From Gammaproteobacteria bacterium (GTDB taxonomy: Bacteria; Pseudomonadota; Gammaproteobacteria; JBNLBB01): 60,590 nucleotides of DNA. This document shows positions 39,515-48,673 of this stretch, piece by piece. Below the pieces are notes generated by a model. It had not been told where the DNA came from. It did not search any database and saw nothing but the letters and a program-made list of their open reading frames with translations. Numbering within the stretch: position 1 is the stretch's first letter; each line of letters starts with the position of its first letter. The position numbers were made by a program, and so were the translations under genes. The stretch spans positions 1 to 60,590 of the forward strand of contig JBNLBB010000001.1 of the NCBI GenBank assembly GCA_050302415.1, written 5' to 3'.

Positions 39515-41047
39515 ATGGGGATTTTTCGATCATCCTTGCTGCTGATCCTGGGCGTATCGCTCATCGGATGTGCCACCCAACGACAACTGGGTGACGAGAA
39601 GGCCGACCGGGATCCGCTGCTGAACCGGGTATTTGTCGGCTCTCACTTGACCGAAAGCATGGACGTTCGCCTGGAGGCGGAACCCGCGGGCACGCTGCGC
39701 AAGTTCGTCGACGGCGCCTGGCAGGACCAGCCGCCCGCCGCGGACGACAAACAGGTCGCCTGGACCGTCAAACTGTTTGATCCGCACAATGGCCGCCGCG
39801 TCCCCTACGCCGATGTATTCGTCGTGTTCCGCAAGGCCGACGGCACCATGCAGGAGATGGTCACCCTGGAGCCCATCTGGACGCGCGGCGGATTTGTCTA
39901 CGGCGCCAACGGTTCACTCCTGCCCGACGGAGCCTACACGGCGGAAATCAGCGTCAGCTCCCCGACCATGTATCGTGATCAGCAGACCGCTGCACTGTGG
40001 CAGACCTCCATCAATGCCAACGTCCCATTCACGCTGGACGACGGCCTGGTGGTGTCCGACCCCCAGAGCCGGTATGAGGATGTACCCTCGCTGGGCGAAG
40101 AGCCGACCATCGAATTTCAGGCAGCCGTTGGCAACACCGACGTGGATGGCCTGGGTATCGAACTGAGCCTCGAGTCGGCACAGGAAGTACGGTTCCTGTC
40201 CGGCAACACCTGGGCCTCCCGGCTTTCCGACGAAGGCTCGATGGCAGTCAATGTGCGCCTGACGGACCGCGTGCTGCAGAGTGACGAACTCCCCTACGCC
40301 ACAGTGCGGGTGGTGGCCACCACCGGAGCCGGCGGCCGGACAGAGCTCAATCTGAACCCCACCTGGAGCCGCGACGGTCTCTACTACAGCGCTCAGGCAG
40401 TCATACCGGAGGGCGACTACGAGTTCGCGGTTGAAGTCACACCGGACACCTTCACGCGGCGTGTTGAGTACTCCGACTATTTTCAGCAGACCGCCACCGC
40501 AGATTTCAGCTACAGCTACCATCTCTCCCCACCGGTACCCGACGAACTGGTGCGCACCTACTGGGTGGCAGTTGGCCTGTACCGCGTGCCGGAAAATGCG
40601 CAACGGATCGTCGACAGGCTTTCGACCACCCAATTCACGGTACAGCGCGACGAGTGGACCTTCAGTGGATTTCCGGTGTCGCGACTCCGGGTGGGTCCCT
40701 ACGATGACCGGGATTCGGCTGCCAGCGCCAAATCGGAACTTGAGGAGCTGCTGGGAATCCCGACCATGGTGCTGGGCGCCTGCCGCCAGGGCGACGAATC
40801 CTATGACGTCCGTTACGCCGTTCAGATCGGTGCATTCGGCATGGCCGAAAACGTCACCCGCGCGGAAGCCAAACTGGCGGATGCCGGTTACGCCACCTAT
40901 ACCGAATCCCATCCGAGCCTGAATCTCACCCAGGTACGGGTCGGACCCTACCACTACTCCAGCCAGGCGCGTGAAGCGAGTGTGGTACTGAACGAGTTGA
41001 TGGGCGTGAAATCGGTAGTCGTCGCCTTCTGCCGACCCTCCCCCTAA
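39515..41047 (+). CDS. Lipoprotein with two tandem Tp34/P19-like (FTP-like) domains and two C-terminal SPOR domains
   Basis: Lipobox LIGC. An internal duplication is visible (…VKLFDPHNGRRVPYADVFVVF…LEPIWTRGGFVYGAN…GAYTAEISVSSP and …VNVRLTD…LPYATVRVVA…LNPTWSRDGLYYSAQ…GDYEFAVEVTPD). Two SPOR repeats follow (YWVAVGLYR…RLRVGPY; YAVQIGAFG…QVRVGPY). Confidence 0.7.
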   Translation: MGIFRSSLLLILGVSLIGCATQRQLGDEKADRDPLLNRVFVGSHLTESMDVRLEAEPAGTLRKFVDGAWQDQPPAADDKQVAWTVKLFDPHNGRRVPYADVFVVFRKADGTMQEMVTLEPIWTRGGFVYGANGSLLPDGAYTAEISVSSPTMYRDQQTAALWQTSINANVPFTLDDGLVVSDPQSRYEDVPSLGEEPTIEFQAAVGNTDVDGLGIELSLESAQEVRFLSGNTWASRLSDEGSMAVNVRLTDRVLQSDELPYATVRVVATTGAGGRTELNLNPTWSRDGLYYSAQAVIPEGDYEFAVEVTPDTFTRRVEYSDYFQQTATADFSYSYHLSPPVPDELVRTYWVAVGLYRVPENAQRIVDRLSTTQFTVQRDEWTFSGFPVSRLRVGPYDDRDSAASAKSELEELLGIPTMVLGACRQGDESYDVRYAVQIGAFGMAENVTRAEAKLADAGYATYTESHPSLNLTQVRVGPYHYSSQAREASVVLNELMGVKSVVVAFCRPSP

Positions 41048-41057
41048 ACCTGCCGAA

Positions 41058-41086
41058 GGGTGGCAGCCCTGCGGCGGCTGCCACCC
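41058..41086 (+). other. Strong GC hairpin without a U-tract between the lipoprotein gene and the ABC-2 ATPase gene
   Basis: Perfect 11-bp stem GGGTGGCAGCC / GGCTGCCACCC with a 7-nt loop. The following sequence is acaccttcc. Confidence 0.5.
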
Positions 41087-41112
41087 ACACCTTCCAGCCA
41101 GCCGGGGACTCC

Positions 41113-42051
41113 ATGACCGAAGCCCTCCGTATTGAAGCGCTGCGCAAAACCTATCCCAACGGTTTCCATGCCCTGCACGGCATCAGCCTTGCCGTGGAGG
41201 AAGGGGATTTTTTTGCGCTGCTGGGACCTAACGGGGCCGGCAAATCCACAACCATCGGCATCATCAGTTCGCTGATCAACAAAACAGGCGGGTCGGTCAC
41301 CGTATTCGGTCACAACATCGACTCGGACCTGGAGGCAGCCAAGCGCTGTATCGGGCTGGTCCCACAGGAGTTCAACTTCAATATTTGGGAGCCGGTCGAG
41401 GAGATCCTCTGGAACCAGGCCGGTTACTACGGCATTCCCCCCAAACTCGGTCGGGCGCGTGCCGAACGCTATCTGCGCCAGCTGGGACTCTGGGACAAAC
41501 GCCGCGACGCCGCGCGCGAACTCTCAGGCGGCATGAAACGCAGACTGATGATTGCGCGCGCGCTGGTGCATCGACCGCGGCTGCTCATTCTGGATGAACC
41601 CACGGCGGGGGTGGATATTGAACTGCGCCGTTCGATGTGGGATTTCCTGCGGGAGATCAACCATGCAGGCACCACCATCATACTCACCACCCACTATCTG
41701 GAAGAGGCGGAAAATCTCTGCCGCACTATCGCCATCATCGACGAAGGCAATATTGTCGAACACTCCAACATGAAACGGCTGCTCGCCAAACTGCACACCG
41801 AGACCGTCATCCTCTACAGCCATGAAGTGATTGAATCCACACCCCAGGTCCCCGACTACCGGATCGACCAGGTGGACGAAACCACCCTGGAGGCGGAGAT
41901 CCGCGACCATCAGGGGATCAGCGATCTGCTCTGCGCTCTGGCCGAGTGTGGGATTCGCATCAAAAGCATGCGCAACAAGACCAACCGCCTCGAGGAGCTG
42001 TTTCTCCGCCTGGTGGACAAATCCGCACGCAACGCGGTGGGTAACTCATGA
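41113..42051 (+). CDS. ABC-2-type exporter ATP-binding protein (YadG-like)
   Basis: 312-aa ORF with Walker A GPNGAGKST, signature LSGGMKRR and Walker B LLILDEPT. It overlaps the permease gene by 4 nt. Confidence 0.85.
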   Translation: MTEALRIEALRKTYPNGFHALHGISLAVEEGDFFALLGPNGAGKSTTIGIISSLINKTGGSVTVFGHNIDSDLEAAKRCIGLVPQEFNFNIWEPVEEILWNQAGYYGIPPKLGRARAERYLRQLGLWDKRRDAARELSGGMKRRLMIARALVHRPRLLILDEPTAGVDIELRRSMWDFLREINHAGTTIILTTHYLEEAENLCRTIAIIDEGNIVEHSNMKRLLAKLHTETVILYSHEVIESTPQVPDYRIDQVDETTLEAEIRDHQGISDLLCALAECGIRIKSMRNKTNRLEELFLRLVDKSARNAVGNS

Positions 42052-42830
42052 CGGAACAGCTGGCTCACCCCTACTGGACCGCCTACCGGACCATTGTGAC
42101 CAAAGAGTTCCGGCGCTTCATCCGCATCTGGGTGCAGACTGTGCTGCCACCCGTCATCACCACCACCCTCTATTTCCTGATCTTCGGCAAGCTGATGGGT
42201 GAGCGGATCGGCACCATGGCCGGCACGCCCTATATGGACTACATCGTGCCGGGAGTGATCCTGATGGCCGTCATCAACAACTCCTACGCCAATGTGGTCT
42301 CGTCGGTATTCAGCGCCAAAATCCAGAAATACATTGAGGAACTGCTGGTGGCCCCCCTGCCCAACAGTCTGATCCTGCTCGGCTATGTCAGCGGCGGGGT
42401 GATGCGCGGATTGACTGTGGGTGTTGCGGTCAGCGCGGTGAGCCTCATATTCACCGATTTCCAGCTCACCCATCCGCTGGTGGCATTCGGAGTGGTGATA
42501 CTCACCTCCATGCTCTTTTCCATCGGCGGATTCATCAACGCCATCTTTGCGCGCACCTTTGACGACATTTCGCTGATCCCCACCTTCGTGCTGACTCCGC
42601 TGACCTATCTCGGGGGCATTTTCTACTCCATCGAACTGCTTCCCGAATTCTGGCAGACCGCGTCGCTCGCCAATCCGATCCTCTACATGATCAACGCCTT
42701 CCGCTACGGGGTGCTGGGCGTGGCCGACATCCAGCCACTGACCGCGTTTGCGTTGATCCTGCTGTTTCTGGGCTCACTGTTTCTGTTCGCACTCTATCTA
42801 CTGAACCGGGGTATCGGTATTCGAACCTGA
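42048..42830 (+). CDS. ABC-2-type exporter permease (YadH-like)
   Basis: 260-aa six-TM ORF of ABC-2 membrane type, translationally coupled to the ATPase. Confidence 0.8.
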   Translation: MTEQLAHPYWTAYRTIVTKEFRRFIRIWVQTVLPPVITTTLYFLIFGKLMGERIGTMAGTPYMDYIVPGVILMAVINNSYANVVSSVFSAKIQKYIEELLVAPLPNSLILLGYVSGGVMRGLTVGVAVSAVSLIFTDFQLTHPLVAFGVVILTSMLFSIGGFINAIFARTFDDISLIPTFVLTPLTYLGGIFYSIELLPEFWQTASLANPILYMINAFRYGVLGVADIQPLTAFALILLFLGSLFLFALYLLNRGIGIRT

Positions 42831-42940
42831 GCAGTGTGGCCATTCCAGCGGCCCGATTCACGCGTTCTCTTTTTGTTCTCTTTTTTCGGGGATTGGGTTA
42901 GACTGCGGTTCACCCAGTCAAACCATCGAGGACAAAGTCC

Positions 42941-43084
42941 ATGCAGACACCCCACAACCACATGCGTGAACAGACCCGGAACAAGATTGACTCCATCATG
43001 AAACACCGCATTGCACGGCGCCGGATCGGGCTCTGGATCGCCCGGCGTCTGGTGCATGCGGGTGTCACTCCGGGTTATTGCTGA
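42941..43084 (+). CDS. Small basic hypothetical protein (47 aa; not in the ORF track because it is shorter than 60 aa)
   Basis: My translation: MQTPHNHMREQTRNKIDSIMKHRIARRRIGLWIARRLVHAGVTPGYC. GAGGA lies about 9 nt upstream. My hand count gives G/C at the third position in 34 of 47 codons, like neighbouring genes. Confidence 0.4.
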   Translation: MQTPHNHMREQTRNKIDSIMKHRIARRRIGLWIARRLVHAGVTPGYC

Positions 43085-43139
43085 GGCTTATTGAGCCTGC
43101 TCAAGTGACACCCCGCAGGCAAACTTCTATTATGGGGTT

Positions 43140-43346
43140 ATGCATGCGACACACTGTAACGAAGCAGACCTGAAGCCCACCGATCGTCGTCACACACGCC
43201 GTTACCGGGCAAAAAAGCGAATTGTCAGGGATTTGTGGATTGGCGTCGGATTGACGATGCTGGCTGTTCCCCACATCGGGGCAGTCATCATCCTGGGATT
43301 GATGGGTACGTTTCTCGGATTCGCGATTCTGGACGAGACCCGCTAG
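43140..43346 (+). CDS. Small hypothetical membrane protein (68 aa)
   Basis: ORF with a basic N-terminus (RRHTRRYRAKKR) and two hydrophobic segments (LWIGVGLTMLAV..IGAVIILGLMGTFLGFAIL). No recognisable family. Confidence 0.4.
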   Translation: MHATHCNEADLKPTDRRHTRRYRAKKRIVRDLWIGVGLTMLAVPHIGAVIILGLMGTFLGFAILDETR

Positions 43347-43358
43347 GCGCCCGCCCGG

Positions 43359-43916
43359 CTACTGGCTGCCCAACCGCTCCAACATGGATTTGGCTTCGAG
43401 CGCGATGCCTGAATCAGGCGCGATGTCCACGGCACGCTGAAATGCCAGCTTGGCACCACCCACATCTCCGGCACCGGATTTTACAAAACCCAGCGTGAGC
43501 CAGATTCTTTGATACTGGGGATCGATAGCCACGCCCTCCTCCAGCACCTCCACCGCCTCCCGGCTGCGTCCCTGGTAGTGCAGCACCAGCCCCAGGTTAT
43601 TGTGTATTTCCACGTCGCGGGGACGCAGGCTCACCAGACGGCGATAGGCTTCGGCGGCGGCTGCATAGCGTTTCTGGGCAAACAGCTGGTCGGCGATGCG
43701 GGCGATTTCGTCCGCATCGTTGCCGGCCTTGCGCAACATGTCGTCCATGAGCTGGTTGTACTGGCCAATCGGATCATTGCCGACTGCTGCGTCCATCTGC
43801 GCCTCCGCGTTGAATTCAGGCGAGTAGTAAGCCCGGGTCAAACCGTAGACAATGGCGCCGTAGGCGACTTGAAAGATGATGACAAAAATCCATTGTGGCC
43901 CGTTTAATTTGAGCAT
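43359..43916 (-). CDS. Membrane-anchored TPR-repeat protein
   Basis: Start moved to the ATG at 43916 (MLKLNGPQWIFVIIFQVAYGAIVYGL... TM anchor). Three to four TPR-like repeats follow (AAAEAYRRLVSLRP..., NNLGLVLHYQGRSREAVEVLEEGVAIDP...). Confidence 0.7.
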   Translation of the reverse strand: MLKLNGPQWIFVIIFQVAYGAIVYGLTRAYYSPEFNAEAQMDAAVGNDPIGQYNQLMDDMLRKAGNDADEIARIADQLFAQKRYAAAAEAYRRLVSLRPRDVEIHNNLGLVLHYQGRSREAVEVLEEGVAIDPQYQRIWLTLGFVKSGAGDVGGAKLAFQRAVDIAPDSGIALEAKSMLERLGSQ

Positions 43917-44019
43917 ATACGGTTTCCCAAGCGATCCAGATCCAGTTTGCGGACGCAATTCTGCCAGAAATAGATCGGTGGTGCATGCGTTTCGCCCCCT
44001 GCCCGGCGGGTAGCCCACC

Positions 44020-44757
44020 ATGGACAGCAATCTCTTCTGGTTCCTCACCTCCATCGCCCTGGGTACCTACATTCAGACCACCAGCGGATTTGCGCTCGGT
44101 CTGATTGTCATGGGTGCGGTCAACCTGTTCCACCTGGTTTCGGTCGGCGAGGCCGCCATCGTCATCAGCACCGTGGCCCTGATCAACAATGTGCTGGCAC
44201 TTCGCCACCGGACTCACTTCATTGACAGGCGGCTGCTCTGGCTGCTTGGGGCGGCACTGACACCTGCCATTGTGGCGGGTGTCTGGTTGCTCGGGTACCT
44301 CACTGACCATCACGCGACGTCCATTCGCCAGGTGCTGGGTTGGTTTATTTTGATCGGCGGTGGTTTACTGATCCTCAATCCATCGCCACGCAGATCACCG
44401 GCCGGTGCAGGAACGGGACTGCTTGCCGGGGCGCTCTGCGGTCTGTTTGGCGGCCTGTTCAGCACCGGGGGACCACCAGTGGTCTACCATCTCTACCGCG
44501 AACCACTCTCCATCGACCAGATACGCGCCACACTCTTCGCCGTATTCATGCTCAGCACCGTGGTCAGAACCGTGGTGGTCGGCGTGGACGGCCAGATCGA
44601 TACGTCGGTGGCCCTGCTCTGCCTCTACAGTCTGCCCGTGGTGTTTATAACCACGCTGCTGGCCCAGCGCTGGCACCCGCCACTCTCCGACCGCGCCTAC
44701 CGGCGCGCGGCGTATGTGTTGCTCGTGCTGCTCAGCCTGCCGCTGATTCTTGGATAG
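44020..44757 (+). CDS. TauE/SafE-family (DUF81) anion exporter
   Basis: 245-aa, roughly 7-8 TM ORF with TauE-like N-terminal (GTYIQTTSGFALGLI) and internal-repeat (GLFGGLFSTGGPP) motifs. Confidence 0.75.
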   Translation: MDSNLFWFLTSIALGTYIQTTSGFALGLIVMGAVNLFHLVSVGEAAIVISTVALINNVLALRHRTHFIDRRLLWLLGAALTPAIVAGVWLLGYLTDHHATSIRQVLGWFILIGGGLLILNPSPRRSPAGAGTGLLAGALCGLFGGLFSTGGPPVVYHLYREPLSIDQIRATLFAVFMLSTVVRTVVVGVDGQIDTSVALLCLYSLPVVFITTLLAQRWHPPLSDRAYRRAAYVLLVLLSLPLILG

Positions 44758-44764
44758 ACGGCCA

Positions 44765-45262
44765 ATGGGTGGTGGATTCGACTATTTCGCTTACGGATCC
44801 AATCTGTTGCCCACCCGTCTCCTCGCCCGCGCGCCCTCGGCCCGCCTGCTGAGGGTTGGAGAACTGCGTGACTTCCGGCTTACGTTTCACAAACGCGGCG
44901 CGGACGGTTCGGGAAAGTGCGATGTGGTCCCGGCACGTGGCGGGATTGTCTACGGCGCTGTCTACCGTCTGACCGAACCCGACCTGTTCCTGCTCGATGA
45001 TTTTGAGGGGCCGGGCTATACGCGCATCGGGGGCGCGGTACTGACAGCGCAGGGAAATTTGCCAGTGCAGTTCTATAGGGCCAAAGCTGAAGCAATCGAC
45101 GACACCCTGTCCCCCTACGACTGGTACCTGCAACTGGTACTGGCCGGTGCGCGGCAGCTGAATCTGAACAGTAACTATGTGCGTCGCATTGCCAAAGTGT
45201 CGACAATTGTGGACCCCGATCTGCAACGCGCTGCGACCCACCAGGCGCTGCTTCGCCGGTAG
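44765..45262 (+). CDS. Gamma-glutamylcyclotransferase-like (AIG2/GGCT fold) protein
   Basis: Start at the ATG at 44765: MGGGFDYFAYGSNLLPTRL..., the YGSN motif of GGCT/AIG2-like proteins. Confidence 0.7.
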   Translation: MGGGFDYFAYGSNLLPTRLLARAPSARLLRVGELRDFRLTFHKRGADGSGKCDVVPARGGIVYGAVYRLTEPDLFLLDDFEGPGYTRIGGAVLTAQGNLPVQFYRAKAEAIDDTLSPYDWYLQLVLAGARQLNLNSNYVRRIAKVSTIVDPDLQRAATHQALLRR

Positions 45263-45319
45263 CCAAATATTTCCGCCCCCCCTTGGCCACGACGCAGGCA
45301 ATGCGGTTAACATGCGCGC

Positions 45320-46489
45320 ATGCACGGCGACAGCATCATCTTTGTCATTTTTGTCATCTTCGCTGGGTCCGCCCTGCTGGCCACCATCGCCCTGGCGGCC
45401 CGCCAGGCGTTCCTGGTGAGCTATATCCTGCTCGGCATGCTGCTGGGTCCGGGCGGCCTGCGCCTGATTGATGACTCTGAGCTGATCAAGGGAATATCCG
45501 AGATCGGCATCATCTTCCTGCTCTACCTGCTGGGTCTCCACCTGCAGGCCCAGAAGCTCATCCAATCGGTCAAAGCGACCACGCTGTTGACGCTGGCCAG
45601 TTCCCTGCTCTTTGCGGCTGCCGGATGGGGATGCGGGGTCGCCATCGGGCTGACCGGTTTCGAAAGCCTGATCCTTGGCGCCGCGTTGATGTTCTCCAGC
45701 ACAATCATCGGCCTCAAGTTGCTGCCCACCACGGTATTGCACCACCAGCACACGGGCGAGATCGTGATCAGTGTCCTCCTGCTGCAGGATTTTCTCGCCA
45801 TCGCGGTACTGCTGCTGTTGCAGGCCAGTGGCGAACAGGCGCTCCCTCTGCTGCAGATTGCGGGGCTTTTCGTCTCGCTGGCCGGCCTCTCGGTTTTTGC
45901 CTACCTGGGCGCGAAGCTGGTGGTCCTCAAACTGATTGAGAAATACGACACCATCCACGAGTATGTTTTTCTGCTCGCCATCGGCTGGTGTCTGGCCATC
46001 GCGGAGCTGGCGAGCCATATCGGGCTGTCGCACGAAATCGGTGCTTTCGTCGCCGGCGTGGCGCTGGCCACCAGCCCCATCGCCTACTTCATATCGGAAA
46101 GCCTGAAACCGCTCCGCGATTTCTTCCTGGTGCTTTTCTTTTTCTCGCTCGGTGCGGGATTCAACGTGGGCGAACTCCAACACGTCCTGCTGCCGGCCCT
46201 GCTGGTGGCCGGTGTGGTGGTGCTGCTGAAGCCGGTAGCGTTTCGCCAGATCCTGATCTGGGAAGGTGAAGAGAGCAAACGCTCCCTGGAGATCGGGGTA
46301 CGTCTGGGGCAGATCAGTGAGTTTTCACTGCTCATCGCCGTCCTTGCCCACGATCTGGGGGTCATCAGCCAGCGCGCCTCCTACATCATCCAGCTCGCCA
46401 CCCTGTTTACCTTTGTGGTCTCGTCCTACTGGATTGTGCTGGTCTATCCGACACCGGTCGCGGTATCGGAACGGCTGCGCCGCAACTAG
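45320..46489 (+). CDS. CPA2-family cation:proton antiporter, membrane domain only (no RCK/KTN domain)
   Basis: 389-aa polytopic ORF similar to the Kef/NapA membrane domain (…LLGMLLGPGGL…, …EIGAFVAGVALA…). It ends without a cytoplasmic regulatory domain. Confidence 0.8.
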   Translation: MHGDSIIFVIFVIFAGSALLATIALAARQAFLVSYILLGMLLGPGGLRLIDDSELIKGISEIGIIFLLYLLGLHLQAQKLIQSVKATTLLTLASSLLFAAAGWGCGVAIGLTGFESLILGAALMFSSTIIGLKLLPTTVLHHQHTGEIVISVLLLQDFLAIAVLLLLQASGEQALPLLQIAGLFVSLAGLSVFAYLGAKLVVLKLIEKYDTIHEYVFLLAIGWCLAIAELASHIGLSHEIGAFVAGVALATSPIAYFISESLKPLRDFFLVLFFFSLGAGFNVGELQHVLLPALLVAGVVVLLKPVAFRQILIWEGEESKRSLEIGVRLGQISEFSLLIAVLAHDLGVISQRASYIIQLATLFTFVVSSYWIVLVYPTPVAVSERLRRN

Positions 46490-47052
46490 GCGGAAGCCCT
46501 GGAACGAATTGGCCGCGATCCGGCACCCGCCGCTTTGTGCGGCGGGAACCGGCAGCAGATCACCTGCCACATGCGCTCATTGGCATGCAGAATCTGCAGT
46601 GACGGTCCGCCATAGGTGCGGTACTTTCCGCCCGCACCGGGATTGAGTATCCAGGGACGGGCGGAGGTATCGACATCCAGCAGATGGCTGTGGCCACAGG
46701 CTACTGCGCGGCAATCGGGAAACCGCTTGCGCAGATGCGCATGTCTTACCCGCAAAGCCCCGTTGCGGTGACCGTGAATCACCGCCAGGCTGCCGCCCGG
46801 CAGCTCGAGCACCTGGGTTAAACACAGCTCCCGCAATCCATCCATGCGCGGCCCGCGCCAATCCTGTTCCGTGTCGTTGTTCCCGCGCACCACGGTGAGC
46901 GGAATGCCGGTGGCCTGCAGCAGACTGAGCACATGGGCGCCACCCACATCGCCGGTGTGCACGATATGGTCGCAGCTGTGCGCCGTCTCCAGAACACGCT
47001 CGTCCACCCAGCCATGGGTGTCACCGAGAATGGCCACCCGGCAACCCTTCAT
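46486..47052 (-). CDS. YfcE/MJ0936-family metallophosphoesterase
   Basis: 188-aa ORF with motifs ILGDTHG, HTGDV, GNND, HGH and GHSH. Its 3' end overlaps the convergent antiporter gene by 4 nt. Confidence 0.8.
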   Translation of the reverse strand: MKGCRVAILGDTHGWVDERVLETAHSCDHIVHTGDVGGAHVLSLLQATGIPLTVVRGNNDTEQDWRGPRMDGLRELCLTQVLELPGGSLAVIHGHRNGALRVRHAHLRKRFPDCRAVACGHSHLLDVDTSARPWILNPGAGGKYRTYGGPSLQILHANERMWQVICCRFPPHKAAGAGSRPIRSRASA

Positions 47053-47068
47053 TTCACCCTCTTCGATG

Positions 47069-48673
47069 CTAATCGATGGTCGGACCGGCCCGGCGAACCT
47101 CCTCGCTCACCTGGTCGGCATAGGTGGCGAAGTTCTCCACGAAACTGCGCGCCACTTTCACCGCCTGTTCGCGGTACTTGGCAGGATCGGACCAGGTGTT
47201 CACCGGGTCGAGAATTTCCGCCGGCACTTCGGGACAGGCGGTTGGCATGTCGAGCCCGAAGATGGGATGCGTCCTGGTCGCCACATTGTCCAGCGCCCCG
47301 GACAGGGCGGCGTTGACCATGGCGCGGGTATGGCGGATGGCGATGCGCTCCCCTTCGCCGTAACCGCCGCCGCTCCAGCCGGTGTTCACCAGCCACACCT
47401 TGACATCGTGCCGGTCGATTTTTTCGCCCAGCAGCGTGGCGTAGCGCCCGGGATGCAGGGGCAGAAACGGCGCACCGTAACAGGCACTGAAATTGGGCGT
47501 TGGTTCCGTCACCCCTTTTTCGGTGCCGGCCACCTTCGCCGTGTAGCCCAGCAGATAGTGGTACATCGCCTGCGCCTTGGAGAGGCGCGAAATCGGCGGC
47601 AGCACACCGAAGGCGTCGGCCGTCAGGAACACCACGTTCCGGGGATGTCCGCCCACCCCACTCTCCGAGGCATTGGGAATGAAGTGGATGGGATAGGCCC
47701 CGCGGGTGTTTTCGGTAAAGGAGGCATCGTCCAGATCGATCTGCCGCGAATGGGCATCCATGGCCACATTCTCCAGGACACTGCCGAATCGCTTGGTGGT
47801 TCCAAATATCTCGGGCTCGGCGGCAGGCGAGAGTTTGATCAGTTTGGCATAACAACCGCCTTCAAAATTGAAGACACCGTCGTCGCTCCAGCCATGCTCA
47901 TCATCACCGATCAGGGTGCGTGACGCGTCGGCCGACAGCGTGGTCTTGCCGGTTCCACTCAAACCGAAGAACAGTGCCGAATCTCCATTCGGGCCGATGT
48001 TGGCCGAGCAGTGCATGGGCAACACACCCTTCAACGGCAGCACATAATTCATGACCGTGAAAATCGATTTCTTGATTTCACCGGCATAACTGGTTCCGCC
48101 GATCAGCACCAGCTTCTTTTTGAAATTGACAATGATGAAGGTCTCGGAATTGGTGCCGTCCACTTCCGGGATGGCATGAAAACGCGGTGCATTCAGCACG
48201 GTGAATTCCGGTTGATGCCCTTGGAGCTCCTCGGCGGTACCGCGAATGAACATGTTGTGCGCAAACAGGTTGTGCCAGGCGTTTTCGGTGACCACGCGCA
48301 CCGGCAGGCGGTAACGCGGATCGGCCCCCACAAAGCAGTCCTTGACGTAGACATCCTTGAGCTGCAGATAGGCGGCCATGCGCCGATGCAGTTCATCGAA
48401 TCGCTGCTCATCGTAGGGCCGGTTGATCTTGCCCCACCACACTTCATCCCGGGTGAGATCGTCCTGCACCACGAACTTGTCGTTGGCGGAACGACCGGTG
48501 TGGTGACCGGTGCGCACCACCAGCGGACCGTCGAGCGAGAGCATGCCCTCGCGGCGGACCACCGCGTGCTCCACCAGGCTGGGGGCATCGAGATTGGCAA
48601 ATACCTGGTTGAGATTGCTCAGACCGTGTTGTGCCAGATCAATATCCACACTAATCACGCCAGATTCAGACAT
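47069..48673 (-). CDS. pckA: Phosphoenolpyruvate carboxykinase (ATP)
   Basis: 534-aa ORF with the PckA kinase-1a motif GLSGTGKTTLS and conserved blocks (RTGHHTGRSANDKF, IGDDEHGW). Confidence 0.95.
   Translation of the reverse strand: MSESGVISVDIDLAQHGLSNLNQVFANLDAPSLVEHAVVRREGMLSLDGPLVVRTGHHTGRSANDKFVVQDDLTRDEVWWGKINRPYDEQRFDELHRRMAAYLQLKDVYVKDCFVGADPRYRLPVRVVTENAWHNLFAHNMFIRGTAEELQGHQPEFTVLNAPRFHAIPEVDGTNSETFIIVNFKKKLVLIGGTSYAGEIKKSIFTVMNYVLPLKGVLPMHCSANIGPNGDSALFFGLSGTGKTTLSADASRTLIGDDEHGWSDDGVFNFEGGCYAKLIKLSPAAEPEIFGTTKRFGSVLENVAMDAHSRQIDLDDASFTENTRGAYPIHFIPNASESGVGGHPRNVVFLTADAFGVLPPISRLSKAQAMYHYLLGYTAKVAGTEKGVTEPTPNFSACYGAPFLPLHPGRYATLLGEKIDRHDVKVWLVNTGWSGGGYGEGERIAIRHTRAMVNAALSGALDNVATRTHPIFGLDMPTACPEVPAEILDPVNTWSDPAKYREQAVKVARSFVENFATYADQVSEEVRRAGPTID

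Noticed and set aside
42819-42827. Reverse complement of the tRNA T-loop-like sequence GGTTCGAAT
   Set aside because: It lies inside the ABC-2 permease coding region, and no acceptor, anticodon or T-stem complementarity can be drawn around it.
44732-46183. 483-aa minus-strand ORF opposite the GGCT-like and CPA2 antiporter genes
   Set aside because: It is antisense to a clearly polytopic transporter gene. The product is highly charged (runs of Q, R, D, E, G) with no motifs, so it is a GC-rich frame artefact.
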